Of a DNA stretch of 64,000 bases, positions 1 to 15,711 are shown one piece after another. Origin of the DNA: Chrysomallon squamiferum. Its lineage: Eukaryota; Animalia; Mollusca. The stretch spans positions 4,030,001 through 4,094,000 of the forward strand of contig CM022665.1 of NCBI GenBank assembly GCA_012295275.1, read 5' to 3'. Under the pieces are notes generated by a model that searched no databases, was not told the DNA's origin, and was given only the letters and a program-made list of their open reading frames with translations. The translations under genes and the position numbers were made by a program. Every line of letters begins with the position of its first letter. Position 1 is the stretch's first letter.

Positions 1-1516
1 CACCTAGCTAACACACGTTAGATTTACACACACACACACACACATACACACCAATCATACCAACCATTAACACAGATATATACATATATACCCATACACT
101 CACACAAACAGAACAAACATAAGGGGAAAAATCCACTATATTCATTTTCTGAACCTTTTTTAAAAATGTCACCTTCAATACAAAAGTAGAATAAAAAAAA
201 AAAAAAGAATTTGAGCTGCTGGGTGGATCTAGAAACGCTGTCACGATAAAGAAGTCTATAGGTACAGAGGGATGAAATAAATTAAATTATGAATAGGAGT
301 CTGTGTTATTTACGAGCGGCAGAGCCAGTCGAAATCAGCTTGCATGTCGATAGTCATTGACAAACACCCCTATACATTTCACTGCACTGCTCTTCTGTGC
401 TTTAACCTTTTACTGACAAGTCAGGAAAGATCTAGGTGGATGTGTAATAAGTGATTCCCAATACTCAACAATTGTATTAAACGAAAAAAAAAAAATAATA
501 ATAAAAATTAAAATTAAATTAAAAAAGAAAAATTAAAAAAAAAAAGGTGGAAAGAAAAAGAAAGAAATTTTGTACAGGAGAACAACAAAAACTCGTTGTT
601 GTTTTGTGTTGTTGTTGCTGCTGCTGCTAGTGCTCCTCTTTTTCTTTTTCTTATTGTTATTATTCATACACATACAGATTCAAAGTGCGCGCGCCTCTAT
701 AAATCTCTTCTTTGCAAAGGAATTTATTTCACTTTCAAAATCATATCACCAAAATGATGTCGCCGCCGAATGCTATTAATTCTGCCATTAGTTATGGTAA
801 TAACAGTAGATTATTTACAAATCTCACAATATTAAGTATCGAAATACTACGACTGTCGAAAATACAACGATGGCAGAAAAATTCACATTTCAAATAACAT
901 AAAATAAAATAATAATAAAATAATAATAACAACGTAGCCAAATAAATATCACCTACAACTATCATCATCATCATCGTCACCACCCCTAGTTACTTCTTCA
1001 CCAGCAACGCTAGTTGATTTCAATATCTTTTGACTGTCAAATAGTGTTTTTTGTTCATCTGTTTCCGTGGCGCACCTGTATGCGAAACAGGAAACCGACC
1101 CTTAGTATTTGTCAAGCACTTATAATACAAGGTGGATGATGAGAACAATGCGACAAAAACGTTAGTTAGGAGGCGCATATTGTCAACAGCTGACCAAAAA
1201 CGGGATCCCAGATAAAAGAAGTGTATTGTTAGCGCAACGCTCGATTGAAAACAAGGCGCGGGACCAGTTTAATAAAAAGAAGTCGAATTACTGTTACGCC
1301 TGACGCCATAAGCCTTATCGCGGGAATCGAAAAATGACTGGGGTTTAAAGGTCGGGAGGAAAGGTCGAGGTCGTAGTACATGATTCACGAGGGGTTTAAA
1401 CTAAGAATATATTAGATTAAATCTGGAGCAGAATACAATTGTATTGTGGATTTTTTTTATTATTATTATTTATTTTTTTATTATTTTTTTCTAAATTTGT
1501 ATTTAATTTTTTTTTT

Positions 1517-1551
<35 letters not shown>

Positions 1552-1864
1552 ATTATTAATACTTCAAATAAACAATACATCTTACATTTTTATTATTTTA
1601 GTTATCGGGGAAATGTATAACTCCTATCATTAAAGTGATATTGACAATAAAGTGTATGTATCCGTATAAATTATCTATATTCTGTGGCTCATTGTCATTA
1701 AAATATTTACCATTTTATTTTATTTTTTTTTTTTTTTTGTTTATCGAGAATATTGAAATAAAGGTTTCAAATTAAAGGAAATAGTAAAAATAGACAAACT
1801 ATTCATGCTGCTGGTGCTGCAGCTACTACTTCTAGTACTACTACTACTACTACTACTACTACTA

Positions 1865-1911
<47 letters not shown>

Positions 1912-2708
1912 TATTATTATATAAATATTAATAATTAATAATAAATCCCTTCAGCACCTCTATAACGCTTAACGTCAATTTCACTACATTTTTTTTTTTA
2001 ATATTATTTCATTTGTCAAATGTATTTAATTAAAATTAATTGACATGACAACAAATTTGATATCTTCAATAATTACTTGTCACAAGTCAAGTGCACTGCT
2101 GTGAAATAACCTTAAATTCTAAACAAAGACTGGATTATTTAATAAAACTAAAACAAATTACGACTCTCTTGGAAAGAGCGTTATGATGTAGGCGCCATTG
2201 TGGCATTTAACTGAAGCATAACAAAAACAAATTATGAGCTTTATTAAACCTTTAATTCATTTTATGCAAATAAATGACAGACTTGTACGTTTAAACGAAG
2301 CATAATTAACGGATTTCCATTCCCTGTCACTAATGGAACCAATGTGTCGCGAAGATTTGCTAGAGTCCTTTTAATCAGTTTTCGCAAAGTTTCGTATATT
2401 TCCGTCAACAGTGTGTTCGGCTAAGTACGATCATTATTTCGTTATTAATCGGAAAGATTCGTTAGCATTGATAGGCTGATGGAGAATTATTTAAGTTGGT
2501 ATTAATCATATCATCCTTCCAAACTGACGAGTGGAAGTGTCAGAAAATGGCACAGTTGAATTAGGAGTAATTCAGCTTAAGCAAATACAAACAAAATTTC
2601 CAATAAATAACATTTTGATTAATGATCATTTTGTTAAAAGCTATCCTTACTTAGAGTTCAGAAATATTCAGGTGGTTCTTAAAATATTTAGTGAACGACA
2701 ATCTCAGG

Positions 2709-2713
<5 letters not shown>

Positions 2714-2795
<82 letters not shown>
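2714..2795. repeat. Compound (CT)n(CA)n microsatellite
   Basis: Direct reading. Confidence 0.95.
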
Positions 2796-2801
<6 letters not shown>

Positions 2802-2890
2802 ATATACAACACATACAAACACACATACACATATACAGGTACATCATTATTTATCATTTTCATCAAAAACGCACACACACCGATAGGCAG

Positions 2891-2927
<37 letters not shown>

Positions 2928-3466
2928 GAAAATAAAAGAAATTCTTTAAACGCAGATATTATATTTTGCATTAAGCAGAGAAAGGCGACTGATCAAAACG
3001 AATTCACTGAATAAGTGCCACGTGCAAGTAATGTTCTTTCAGTGCTTGGCGGCAGACTACATTCTGTTGCTGGCAGACGACGGCAACATCTGTGCGCGTG
3101 CACATTTTAAGGCGATGTATGTCGGGGACAGCTGACTGCGTTGTATTTCAAAATGAAGAGGCAAAAAGGCTTTAAGTTTAATTTTTGCACAACTGAGTTT
3201 TTCGTAACCGTTTAATTTAAAAAAAATAAATTTTGTTAGTTGCCCCACCCCCCGAGATATATAAACATAAAACATATTCCAATAATATTATTACAAATAA
3301 ATGTCCATGTATTTTTTATCAGTTTTTTGATAGACAGATGCTAATAACTACCAAACCACACACAATAAGCTATTTACCTAATTGCCTTTTTATCATTGTT
3401 TTCAGAAAACAGAATAACCCCTTCCCCATTTGAATTTTTTTATTTTTTTTATTTTTTATAATTATT

Positions 3467-3503
<37 letters not shown>

Positions 3504-4144
3504 ATACGTATATATTAAAAATTTAATTCAGATGAATACTTAGCATATTTTATATATCAGTATGTTACCAATCAATCATTCAGTTTAATATCCGGACCAA
3601 GTGTAACATATAATGATTAAATTTGACAGTTTCAGAAACCATACAATTAGTGTGCAATTACATCCGACAAACGCATAATAATAAGTTGTTTTTTTTTTAT
3701 TTTTTTATTTAAATATATATCTCTCTCTTTCTCTCTCTCTAGATATATATATATATATATATATATATTACAGTGTATGCTGGTAGCTTCGTAAACACGT
3801 TCTATGCAATACTCTGGCATCATTAAAGCATTTTTAAAATTTAATCGATGAAGTTGAAATAAAAAATTCAAAGTCATAAAAGAAAAGAAAAAAAAGCTAC
3901 TTCTGGGACGGCAACGGGTTGAAACTGTTTAGAAACTAAACCGCACCGAGGCACCAGATGGTCATCGATTGAATCTTCATGTAAATGAATCCAACCGCAT
4001 ATTATTATTATTCTTAGTTTTCTTTATAAGAAACCCATTAAAGTAAAATAACAAAATTAAACAGCATACGCGAAAGACTTCAAAAATAACAGCAATTTCC
4101 TGTTTAATACATTTATTTTCTCGCTTTAAGAAAAAAAAAAAAAA

Positions 4145-4186
<42 letters not shown>

Positions 4187-4996
4187 AAGAAAGAAAATGA
4201 AAGAAGAAGAAGGAGATTTAAGAATCGCTAATATCCACACTTTATTTAACGACATGCGGAAACGCAAGACATTGTCAGAACAGAGAAAACTCTGTCAGAA
4301 CATTGCAACTGTTTTTCAAAGCAGTCCCTTGATATTTGAAAACAGCGAGCGAACAGGATAAACCTATCAGACGACGATTATATGATGCATTAGGAAATTA
4401 GAGAAGACTCGCGCTTTCAAAACAAGTGTGAATATGCAATTTGCAAAGCATCATCCAATATTGTTAAGCATTCCCTTGGTGCGTAATCGACGAAAGGAAA
4501 AAAAAGTAAAAGCATGGTGGAGAAGCGGGGTTAAGAAATTAACTCGGACAAAAGCTTCCTCCTAACAACACGATTATTATATTTGAGAAATGAATAGCTG
4601 GCTCGGACTTGGCAGTTCTGTTATTTCAATTTACACCCCGTGGCTGTGTCTATATCTGTTACAAACCGTGGTCTTCAAACAGCATTTAATTCTTCCTTCT
4701 TCTTCTTTTTTTTTTTTTTTTTTTCTACTTAATTCGATTATTTGGATGCCTCGATGTTAGGTTGGTTACGTTCAGACAATATGGCTCCTAAGTGCGCGTG
4801 CAGTGATGTGCAAGAAAAAAAAAAAAAAAAAAAAAAAAAAAGCAGAGATCGAGAATCTGGAGTTAAATAGCATAACTGAAATCCACCGATGACATTGTTT
4901 TTAGTTCTAACGTCTTAATGTGTGTGTTGAATAAACTGAAATTACACAAAGTATAAACTGTGAACAAAATGTTGTCTTTCTGTCAGGTTTTATGGC

Positions 4997-4998
<2 letters not shown>

Positions 4999-5075
<77 letters not shown>

Positions 5076-5153
5076 TAACATTGCAATTTAATATCTGCAG
5101 ACGCGACACTGAAATGTACTTATGTATAAATGTTATTAATAACCAAATCATAT

Positions 5154-5222
<69 letters not shown>
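4999..5222. repeat. (TTA)n (4999-5073) and (CT)n (5154-5222) microsatellites
   Basis: Direct reading. Confidence 0.95.
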
Positions 5223-5225
<3 letters not shown>

Positions 5226-5546
5226 GTTTTTTTTTTTTATTTATATTTTTTGTTAATCTTTTGGGGCTTATTTATTTATTTATTTATTTTTTTAGTCTTT
5301 TTTGCTTTTCGGTCTTTTCTTTTGGGGGGGGGTTGTTGTTTTTTAGGGGAGGAACGGGTATTTTAATCTTTTTAATTTATTATCTTTCCCACTTCTTTTT
5401 TTTTTTTTTTTTTTTTTTTCTTGGATTTTTGTGATTCTACATTTAATATTTAATAATCATATTTAACATACACTTGTTGTTGTTTTTTTTCTGATTTCTA
5501 TTCACATTATTTATTTTATTTTATAAAAAAAAAAAAAAAAAAAAAA

Positions 5547-5591
<45 letters not shown>

Positions 5592-6329
5592 GATAATAAT
5601 AAAACTGATAGAACTATCAGTGCAGTCATTGTAAATTATTGTAATGGCTCCACAGTTGTATATATTAGATTTCAATGATACATCCGGTCGCGGTAAACAA
5701 GATTATACTTTCAAAAGAAAATACCTGACAAAAAAAGGGGCCTCTCTATATCTTTTTTTATGTGCATTAACACTTAAAGGAAGTCTTGGCTCTATTTCTC
5801 TTCGGTTTCCAATGAGTCATGGTATAACGGCTTGTTGTTATTCGTGTTCACTGAAAAAGGTCCGGGGCTGTCAGTTTCGTATAAAGTGCTTTACGGTTAT
5901 TTTGCCACCAATAACAGGAATTCATTTTACATCACCTATAATAAGATGACCGTGAAAAACGTAACTGGAAACTTGTTAGCAGGGATACCCATGACTTTCA
6001 GGGGAAGAAAAACATATTTTTAAATGACTCGCTCACACACTTCATCGCTCACTCGCTCGTTCACTTAGACAATCGCTCTATCATTCACTTCATTTTTTTT
6101 TTTTTTTTTTTTTTTTTTTGAATTACTAGACTCTGAGACGCTGTGATTATAATCTGGGAATAAAAGCTGGTAAAGACTAAATGTCGTTTCTCACAAAGAC
6201 CCAAAAGTGATTTTTTTTTTTATTTTTTTTTTTTATCTTAAATTTATTTTAATATAACAATTTCAATTCGCGAATGGAAATAATTCGAGATATGACTGAG
6301 AAAGAGTTTAAACCTTACATCTAGCCTAA

Positions 6330-6485
6330 CGATGATTTCGTATTAAGATTCAACCACTCTAACGTTGATAGTCTTTTTCATATTACGATACAACCACTCT
6401 AACGTTGATGGTATCTTTCATATTAAGATACAGCCTGTCTAACATTGATGGTATTTTTCATATTAAACTACAACTACACTAGCGT
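6330..6485. repeat. Minisatellite, 40-bp unit, about 4 diverged copies
   Basis: Unit AACCACTCTAACGTTGATRGT..TTTCATATTAMGATAC at 6352, 6392 and 6432, with a partial further copy near 6560. Confidence 0.85.
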
Positions 6486-7047
6486 CTCCTTTTTGTATCA
6501 ACACCGGCTAATCTGATTTTGAAAACATCTTCTTTTTCATATCAAAATAATACCTGAAGTTGATAGCCCTATTTCACATTATGATACAAGTGGCCTAAAT
6601 AGAGTTTATAAGCTCTGTTTTTAAATTATGAAACTATTGGTGTAACGAATCCTTTCCGTACGAAGAAACTACACACAGGTCCTTACCCTTTGCAGTACAA
6701 TTCGTCTTTTAAGAAACAAACACTTCGTTTGTTCAGATTTGAAACACAACACATATGTTTTTGTTGCACTGTTTGTAACGTACGTTTTCCTGTCACGAAG
6801 ACAATGACGTTTGACGTTTTACATAAAGTCTGGAACGTTCTTGACTGAACAAAGCCGAAACCGAAACATCTATTCTGAAACAAAACGCCGGAGAATTACC
6901 GAACGTTTTCCTTTGACGTGTTTGAAACTAAAGTTTATGCCGTCTTAAACAATCGTTCTGTTGTTTTCCTTTCATATTTTAAACGTTTTTCTTTTTCTTT
7001 CATTTTTCTTTTTCCTTTTATTTTATCCTTATAGGATATTAATTTAC

Positions 7048-7103
<56 letters not shown>

Positions 7104-8033
7104 TATTATTATTATTGTTCCTGTTGTTGATGTAGCTGTTATTATTAATATTACTGTTCTTGTCTGTTTGTTGTCGATGTCGTAGTTGTTGTTTTTATTA
7201 CTTTAGTGTTGTTCGTTTTCTATTTTTGGAATGATATTCATTTCATATATTAGGATAAGTTTATTTTTAAATATGGCTCATATGAAATACTTGTCAAAAT
7301 AAACTTCATTTTCTGCATGGATGTCAGAAAGAATAAATTTTGTGTGGAGAAAAATGACTTTTCTGTTAGTGTATACCTTTAACGACCGTTGTTCTGTTTG
7401 TACATAAAACTCCTTTTTTAGATGAAAACGAAATAAACATTGCCCAGTAAAACACGGAAAAGCTATGTTTTTCCTCCTAATTATTAAACTTTAATTTCTG
7501 GGTTGTTATCTGCAACCTTTATATACATATATTCTTTGTTTGGGTTTTTTATTTTTATTTTTTTTAAATACTTTTTCTGTCCCTTTTTTTTTCTAACATA
7601 TTTTTTATTCTGTGTTCTTTCTTCCGTTCTTTTTCTGTTTTCTCTCGTTCTAAGTTTCATTCGTTTTTCTTTCGTTTTCTTTCTTTCTGACGTTCTTTCC
7701 AATTTCTTCTCTTTTTTTCTTTTTTCTGTTTCTTTTCTATTTGTCATTATTTCTTATTTTCTACCTTTCTGTCTCACAATGTGTCGGTTCAACATTAAAG
7801 TGAGTGACGCATGGTAACGCAATGTTTAAATATATTTGTAGCTTTTTTACATGGGATATTAAAAACTCTTTATCAGAATTATCGTCTCCCAGCGTGCAGC
7901 CTGTTATGGCAAAAAAAGAATTTTAACAAAAGAAAAGCTGTTGTTTATAGATTAGCAGTGAAAAATTATGTATACGTTTTCTAAAGTTTTCTTATTTTCT
8001 CTTGTTCAATGCCTGTATTTATGTGCTACACAT

Positions 8034-8202
<169 letters not shown>

Positions 8203-8936
8203 GAGACAGACAGACAGAGATCAGGGCAGTAATACGTACAGAGAATAGAACTCACGATCTCAGATCTAGAATCCTGATTAAAAAAAAATACTTCACACCT
8301 TAATACTGAGTAATAACAAACACACACTCATACACACCAATACTGAATAATAAGAACATATACATATACACACACGCACATATAAACAAATTAATTTAAG
8401 TGTTTCTTTGAAATTCGAAAAATTCCATATCATTGCATTTATAGGTAACATTTTAAAAAATTATTTTTTATTTTCTTATCTTTATTTATTTATTTTATTT
8501 TATTTTATTTTTATTTGTTGATTTAAAAAAAAAAATAATAATAATAAAAGTAATAAAATTTTTTTTTTTGTTTTTTTATGCGACTTCTGTTATTATTATT
8601 ATTATTATATATATATTTGTTTTTCATCATTATTTTAGTTAAACCCTACGATTTGACTTAACACAAATGAAAAGCAAAAATTCTAATTTTATCTTCGCAA
8701 GGGTTGACGGGTATTTTTATAAAGAGTACTTGAGACTACGTGAGTACGTTTTAGCGACATCCGGCAAATAACGCGAATCTATTTTTAAACACAGCAAGGC
8801 TGTATTTTGTGATTGTCAACAACAGTTAATAAAACAACTTAATAAATTAATGACGTGCTGCTAAATGACAATGTTGAGATTTAGATGTGTGTTTTTCTTT
8901 ATTTTTAATTTCTTTTCTTTTCTTTTTTTCATAGTG

Positions 8937-9055
<119 letters not shown>

Positions 9056-9910
9056 TTTTTTTTTTTGAAATGCTAAATAAAATACGAAGCCTATTTTATA
9101 TGCATTAGGCTCTTCCATATTTACTGTAAGTATGTTTTTCTTGTTGCAGTTTTTTTGTGTTTTTTTTTTTTTTTTGAAAGTCTAATTTAAACCACATTTA
9201 TATTTCTCATTAAAAGAAATTAAAGTAACTTTTCTCTTCTTTATTTTATCGTACTTTGAACGCAGATAAACGTCTCTTTAGTTACCTTGCGGAATTTGTT
9301 ATTTTGCGATATAAACTAATCTTTTCTTCTTCTTTTTTTCTACATCAAATAATCTACTTATCTTCTAATTAAGATAAGTCTAAGAGTTACTAGCCGTATA
9401 GTAAAGAGAATGATAAGGATAAAATAAGAATTTTTTTTTAAATGTTTTTTTTTAAAACTATGCTATCCAACTTTTGCATTAAATACGCATTTAAAAAAAC
9501 AACAACAAAGAAATGAAAAAGAAAAAAACAACAACAGAAAGGCAAAAAGTGCGATAAGTTTGGTTCCTGTACAATGTACACGTCTAAGTTCAAATAAGAT
9601 ACAGATATATGTAATTTATGTTAATCTAATTAAAATAATTTATTTCAGTTTCCTTAAAAAAAAAATTAAAAAAATATATATGTGTGTGTGTGTGTGTATG
9701 TGTTATCGTTTTAATGTGACACGCTGAAAGAATTATTTTAAAATAAATAAAAATAAAACTTTTTAAAGATACATGCATATAATTATGTACTATATATAAA
9801 CAGATATACATATATAAACACATATATACATACATACATAAATGCATATATACATATATTTTTTTTTTCATACATACACACATATACGTATGTATATAAA
9901 TAAAAAACGA

Positions 9911-9968
<58 letters not shown>

Positions 9969-10278
9969 TTAATAATAAGGAAGCCTGTTACGCCATTATA
10001 TACACATCTTTATTTTTCTAAGGTCTGTTTTCTTTCTTTCTTTCTTTCTTTTTTCTCTCTCTCTCTTTTTCCATGATAATTTATACTTCTGTAATAAGAG
10101 TTAATCATCGTTTGTATTTTTTTTTAAATCGTTTACACTTTTAACGTCTTAAATGGTAATCTGAGAAACATTTAAACTTTTTTTTACTTTTTTAAAAATC
10201 AATGTGACTGATTAATTTTTGTTTTTATTTCATTAAATAATTGTATTAAATTATTATTCATGCTTTTTCATTGCCTTA

Positions 10279-10324
<46 letters not shown>

Positions 10325-11974
10325 GTAATAGTAATAGTAATAATAATAATAATAATAAATTATAGTGAATTCTGCAAAAAGAGCAAACAAATTAAAAAAC
10401 ATTGTGAGTTTTTCTAAAGATATATTTTAAATACATTTTTCAACACATTAGTTTTCATGTAGATCAGCTAACAGTTTTTCTTATTTCAAACATACGTTTC
10501 GATAAAAGCGCTTATTAACTACCAATCGCGCAATAACTGAAAAACGATCGTCAAAAATATACCTTGAAGACAAACGTATCAAAACAACGGTGATAAAACA
10601 TTCGCTCACGAGCAAAAACGTAAACGAAAAATAGCCTTACCTTGGTAAGTAATCTGCACTTGATAACTGAAAATTATGCCGAAAAGTAGAAGTTTAAAAA
10701 TCCGTTCATCCATTCTGTCACCATGGTTGTAACCCTCGCGTCACCTGCAATGTGGTAACTTTTTTTTTTTTTTTTTTTTTTTTTTTCAGGAAGTATTTAA
10801 AAACCTCCCTTCCAAGCAGCGTTCTCTTAACACTGTAACGTACTCATTACTTGCGCACTTCGCTCAACTGGGTTCTTGACTTAACTGGCAGGCGATAGTA
10901 AGCCGGTCATCGTAATGACCATCAACAGAAACCGCCAGAGGGAGCTGCTGTTTTCTGTTTATTAATATTTATTACTGTTTCGTTAACAATTTTTTTTTTT
11001 TTTTTAACCCGGTCGCAGCTTCACAGGGGACAAATTAACCGCTGACCCTCTTGAAATGGGGACACACCGCGTATTCTGTAAGGGGAACATAACAACCTAA
11101 TCCTTTTCAAGTGATAGGCGTTTTTCCGGGGTTTGCCGACAAGAGAGGTAAAAACGAACAAGGGTGGGGGTTGGGGGGTGGTGAAAAAGGAAGAAAGAAT
11201 GAGTGGTCGTCCAAATTACATTTTTATAGCCTTATTGTTTGACGCTTATCAATAACAAATACTGTAAGTTTGAATAAGGTCCTGTAACAAACACCGAACG
11301 CCTCTTTGGTATTTTTGCAACCTAATTTGTCGTGTTTTACGATAAAATTTATTTTATTAGAAAATTGCCGGGAGTCATGTGTCGAAGCGAATGAATCGAT
11401 CACTTTTAACTCTGTTACTCTTGCGCGCGTCGCCCTTAATTTATCTTTCGACATAAAACGAATATTAATAGAGATGGTTTAAGCAAACATGGTCGTGTTT
11501 GCTCTCTGTGGTAACAGTGGCGTTTCAGATTTGTTTACAGTATGGCACTTTGTTAAGTAACGGCAGTCCACCATGCAGTTTTATTTGTAGTCCTTAATTA
11601 CAGCAGTTGTATCTGGTAAACATCAGAAAATGCACGATGAATACGTGCTTATTGTGCCGTTTATTAACCACGTGACGTCTTTTTATTGTACACGCTCATG
11701 AGTAACGGAAATCCATGCCGAACAATGTGATTAATATTATTATTTAGTTCATACAATAAAGTCATAAACGACGGTTGCAGTTTTATCAAATGGGAGGAAA
11801 GTATTAAATAGATCAATGTATGTGACATGATTTACATTTTGTCTTTTTTTTTTTTTTTTTACTTTAAGAACAATACCTGCACTAAGTATGATTAATGTAT
11901 TCATCAACAATAAAAATGTGATAAACTGATGCGCTTATAAATATCAGACAGTTATAATATATAAGTAAAGTTTT

Positions 11975-12052
<78 letters not shown>

Positions 12053-12827
12053 TACACCCACATACATGCACGCACACACAAATATCTTACACGTTATGTG
12101 TAATCTACGGACACCCATAAATGGTCATTAGATAAAAATGTATTACACTCATTAAACTGAAAATCATTAGTGTTAAGTTGTCTGTGTAACACGCATACGC
12201 AAACCAACAAACACGTGTATAGACTTTGCTTAATGCACTGAGTTCGATTTATTCCATTTCCCTGATCATATTTATTCATTTACTTTTCGACAGAAATCAT
12301 TATAAATCTGTTTATTCTTTATTTTCACCTTGTCCATTAAGACCTTCTTGATCTACTGCTTCAAAGCATTGTAGGTTTGGTATGTAAGATGATGCAAATG
12401 ATTCTGAAAATAATACAGACAAGCAAATCCAGAAATTCCTCGGTAATAATTATCGCTGAAAATATAAAATTTGTTCAGTCATTAAAAACAATGAAAAAAA
12501 AAAAATCCCTGCTGCTTAATGCATGAATTACACTTGATAACAATTTATTTTCTAAGTATCAGGGGAATTTTTCTTTCAATAAATCTGTTCCAGAAATAAT
12601 TGCAAAAGCAATACGCTGCATCCCACACTTCATGGCGAACTGTTTAGTTTCATATTTTTGCACCAGAAAGTGTCAAAGTTTCATCTGTTTAAACACGAGT
12701 TATAAATGTCCCTGTTCTCCAGGGGTGATACGCGCAAATGAAGAAATACTAGACACTGTGGCACAACAGAAATATTAGATTTCCTGTTGGAATTGCCTGG
12801 ATTTTTCTTGTTATTTATTTATTTATT

Positions 12828-12874
<47 letters not shown>

Positions 12875-12966
12875 CTGTCTCTTTGTCTTTACTTGTCTCT
12901 CTTTCTCTTCCTTTCCTTTTCTTTATCTATCTAACAATCAGTCTACATATCTAGCTATATATGATC

Positions 12967-13052
<86 letters not shown>

Positions 13053-14477
13053 GTGCGCATGGTTTTCTGTGTGTGTGTTGGTGCTTCCGTTAAGATGCAA
13101 TTTAAGAAAAAAACAAAAACGAAAATAAAATACAGAAGGAAATATGTATACATAAATACATGCATATACTACATACATACAGAGACACACACATACATGC
13201 ATACATTACATATATACAGGTACACATTTTTTTTTCATATTTTCGCACACACACATATATATACATATGTATTTGTGTCTGTGTGTATGCTGATACGTTT
13301 TTATCGCTTTATAAACTGTTTTTAAACTATGCGATGCACTCTAAAAGATTTCCCAAAATAGTATAGATTTTCCTACTTTAGATCGCGCAAGATTTTTTAA
13401 ATACTTAAGCTAGGTTAAGACTCGTGGCCAAATTGATAAAATCCTTTTTTCTAAAAACGGTTAGATTTACATAATTTCTTTAGTTTCGTACAATTACACG
13501 TGTGATATTAAATTAAGTAAAGATTTACTTGGCTCAGTTTTTACATGTATGTAAAATGTGCTGAACTTCGTCATTGTTAGTAATATTTTTGATGTTATTT
13601 TTACTGTTATTTTATTTATTTATTTATTTGTATTATTGTTGTTGTTGTTGTTGTTTAGTTTTTGTTGTATTGTTGTTGTTTGGCTTTTTTATTAAATTTT
13701 TATTTATTTATTATAAATTAACAACTAAGCAAATGTACTAAATATAACGATAAGGACAGTCTAATAAATCAGCTGATTATTATTATTGTTGTTGTTCTTG
13801 TCGTTGATGTTGATTTTATTGCTGCTCCTGCCGATGCTGTTGTTGTAGCTTGTTGTTGTTGGTGGTTGTATAGTTCTGTTTTATTAGCATCCAATTCTTT
13901 CAAGGTCTTTCACAAAATATACGGGTGCGGCTGTTCAAGTAAAGATGGTATCATTATGTGATTTGTACAGAAAGCCGACTTTAAGAGAATCCGCTTTTTG
14001 CTTTATTGGTTTTATAGTGCACCAGGAATGTTTGGCGATTGGTATGTTGGTGATAAAATATTAAATAGAACTGTAGGGAAAAACGTGATTTAAAGTCCAT
14101 CTGTAATGGCATGATACAAAAGCCTAAACAGATTTTGTACACTCCGAGATAGTATTTGTTGAAATCGTTATAACCAGTTTTTGCTAATGATAAAGTATGA
14201 CAATTGTGTAAATTACTTTTTGGACAATGATAGTGATGACAATAATAATAATAAGAAGAAGAAGAAAGAAGAAGAAGAAGAAGAAGAAGAAGAAGAAAAT
14301 GATGATGATGAAGAAGACGAAGAAGAAGAAGAAGAGTTTATTTTTTGTATTATTTTCAAATGTGGAAAACATTTATTTAGATTTTTATTCCCAACAGGTA
14401 CATTTTAATATAGGAGATTTCATGTCGTTGTTGCCATCGTCGACGACATCATTATCATCGTCATCATCATCATCATC

Positions 14478-14517
<40 letters not shown>

Positions 14518-15673
14518 GTTGTTATTTTGATGGTGTTGTTATAATTACTGACCCAGGGATAGCACTCACAAACTCAACTGATACAAACACTCGTCTGATA
14601 CTTCCATCAAACCCGACACGACTAAGGACCGATCCCAGACCCTACAAGTTTTAATAAAGGTATCATTAAAGCACATACGTAAACTGGTAATGAAGAGAAC
14701 AAACTTAGTGATAATTATTTTACTGATGAATACATATACACACAACCACATGCATGCATACACAAACACAATCATACACACACACGCACACACACATACA
14801 CACACGTGCATGCAGATTATCAATATTAAACTACTAGGTACTTGTACTACTGCACTGAACAGGGGCACGTTAAACTTTATGGATTGGTTGTCACTGTGCT
14901 GACGTTCTGGCCATGAAGATGTTAATCACGAAGATGAAAGATAACGAAGTTATTTTTAAGAGCTTCGAATCAAGACGTCAAAATGTATGAAGAAGGACAA
15001 CACAAAATAAAAAAAAAACCCAAATAAGACAAAGTAAAAAAAAAAAAAAAAATCGCTCACATAAAAGCCCCAAAAAACACCATTACGAGATGTATTAATA
15101 ATGTTTATAGCGAGCACCATTGGCGGCGCTTTTCTTTAACTGCTGATAATGTCTCGATAACCGCGAAGGGACTGTGGAACGCACGGCCCACTACGTACAG
15201 AATGACTTTCAATTTTCCAGCTTGTTAATTGTCAGCGACTGTTTACGATATTAAATGGATTCTCTTATCTCACTCGTCCACACTTTTTCTGCCGCGATCA
15301 GTCAATTAATCTCACACAATTTCTCAATCTTTTCTTCAACGAGAAAAGCGACAAAACGCTAGCCCGCTATCTTCTGAAACATCTGCTCGGCTGTCGAAAA
15401 GCAAAGTGTTTACGATTGGTCAATTTGCTGCACGTTGCTAAATTAACTAGGGTTCCGGGGTAAAATAATGCTACAGCACATTGATTATTGTCTGTTTTGG
15501 AGTTTCTCTTTTCACCTTCATTGAAGTTCGTAAATATGGTTAGATACAAAAATATAATCGGTTACCCATATTTTAGATACATCCTCAGCTAATATGCTTC
15601 GCAGTATATTTGACATCAAATAGCTAGGTAAGGCCAAAGATGTTTAGTCTGTGCTTCTAACTATAGTGTTGTT

Positions 15674-15711
<38 letters not shown>

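Noticed and set aside
6330-6485. Short repeats here and at 51870-51944 and 52242-52617 as CRISPR-like arrays
   Set aside because: Units are head-to-tail without unique spacers, there are no cas genes, and the context is eukaryotic.
13864-13875. GGTTGTATAGTT matching the 3' half of let-7
   Set aside because: No seed region and no hairpin; it sits at the edge of a GTT repeat.
14181-14408. Acidic D/E-rich ORF
   Set aside because: Compound AAT/GAA/GAT microsatellite without exon boundaries.
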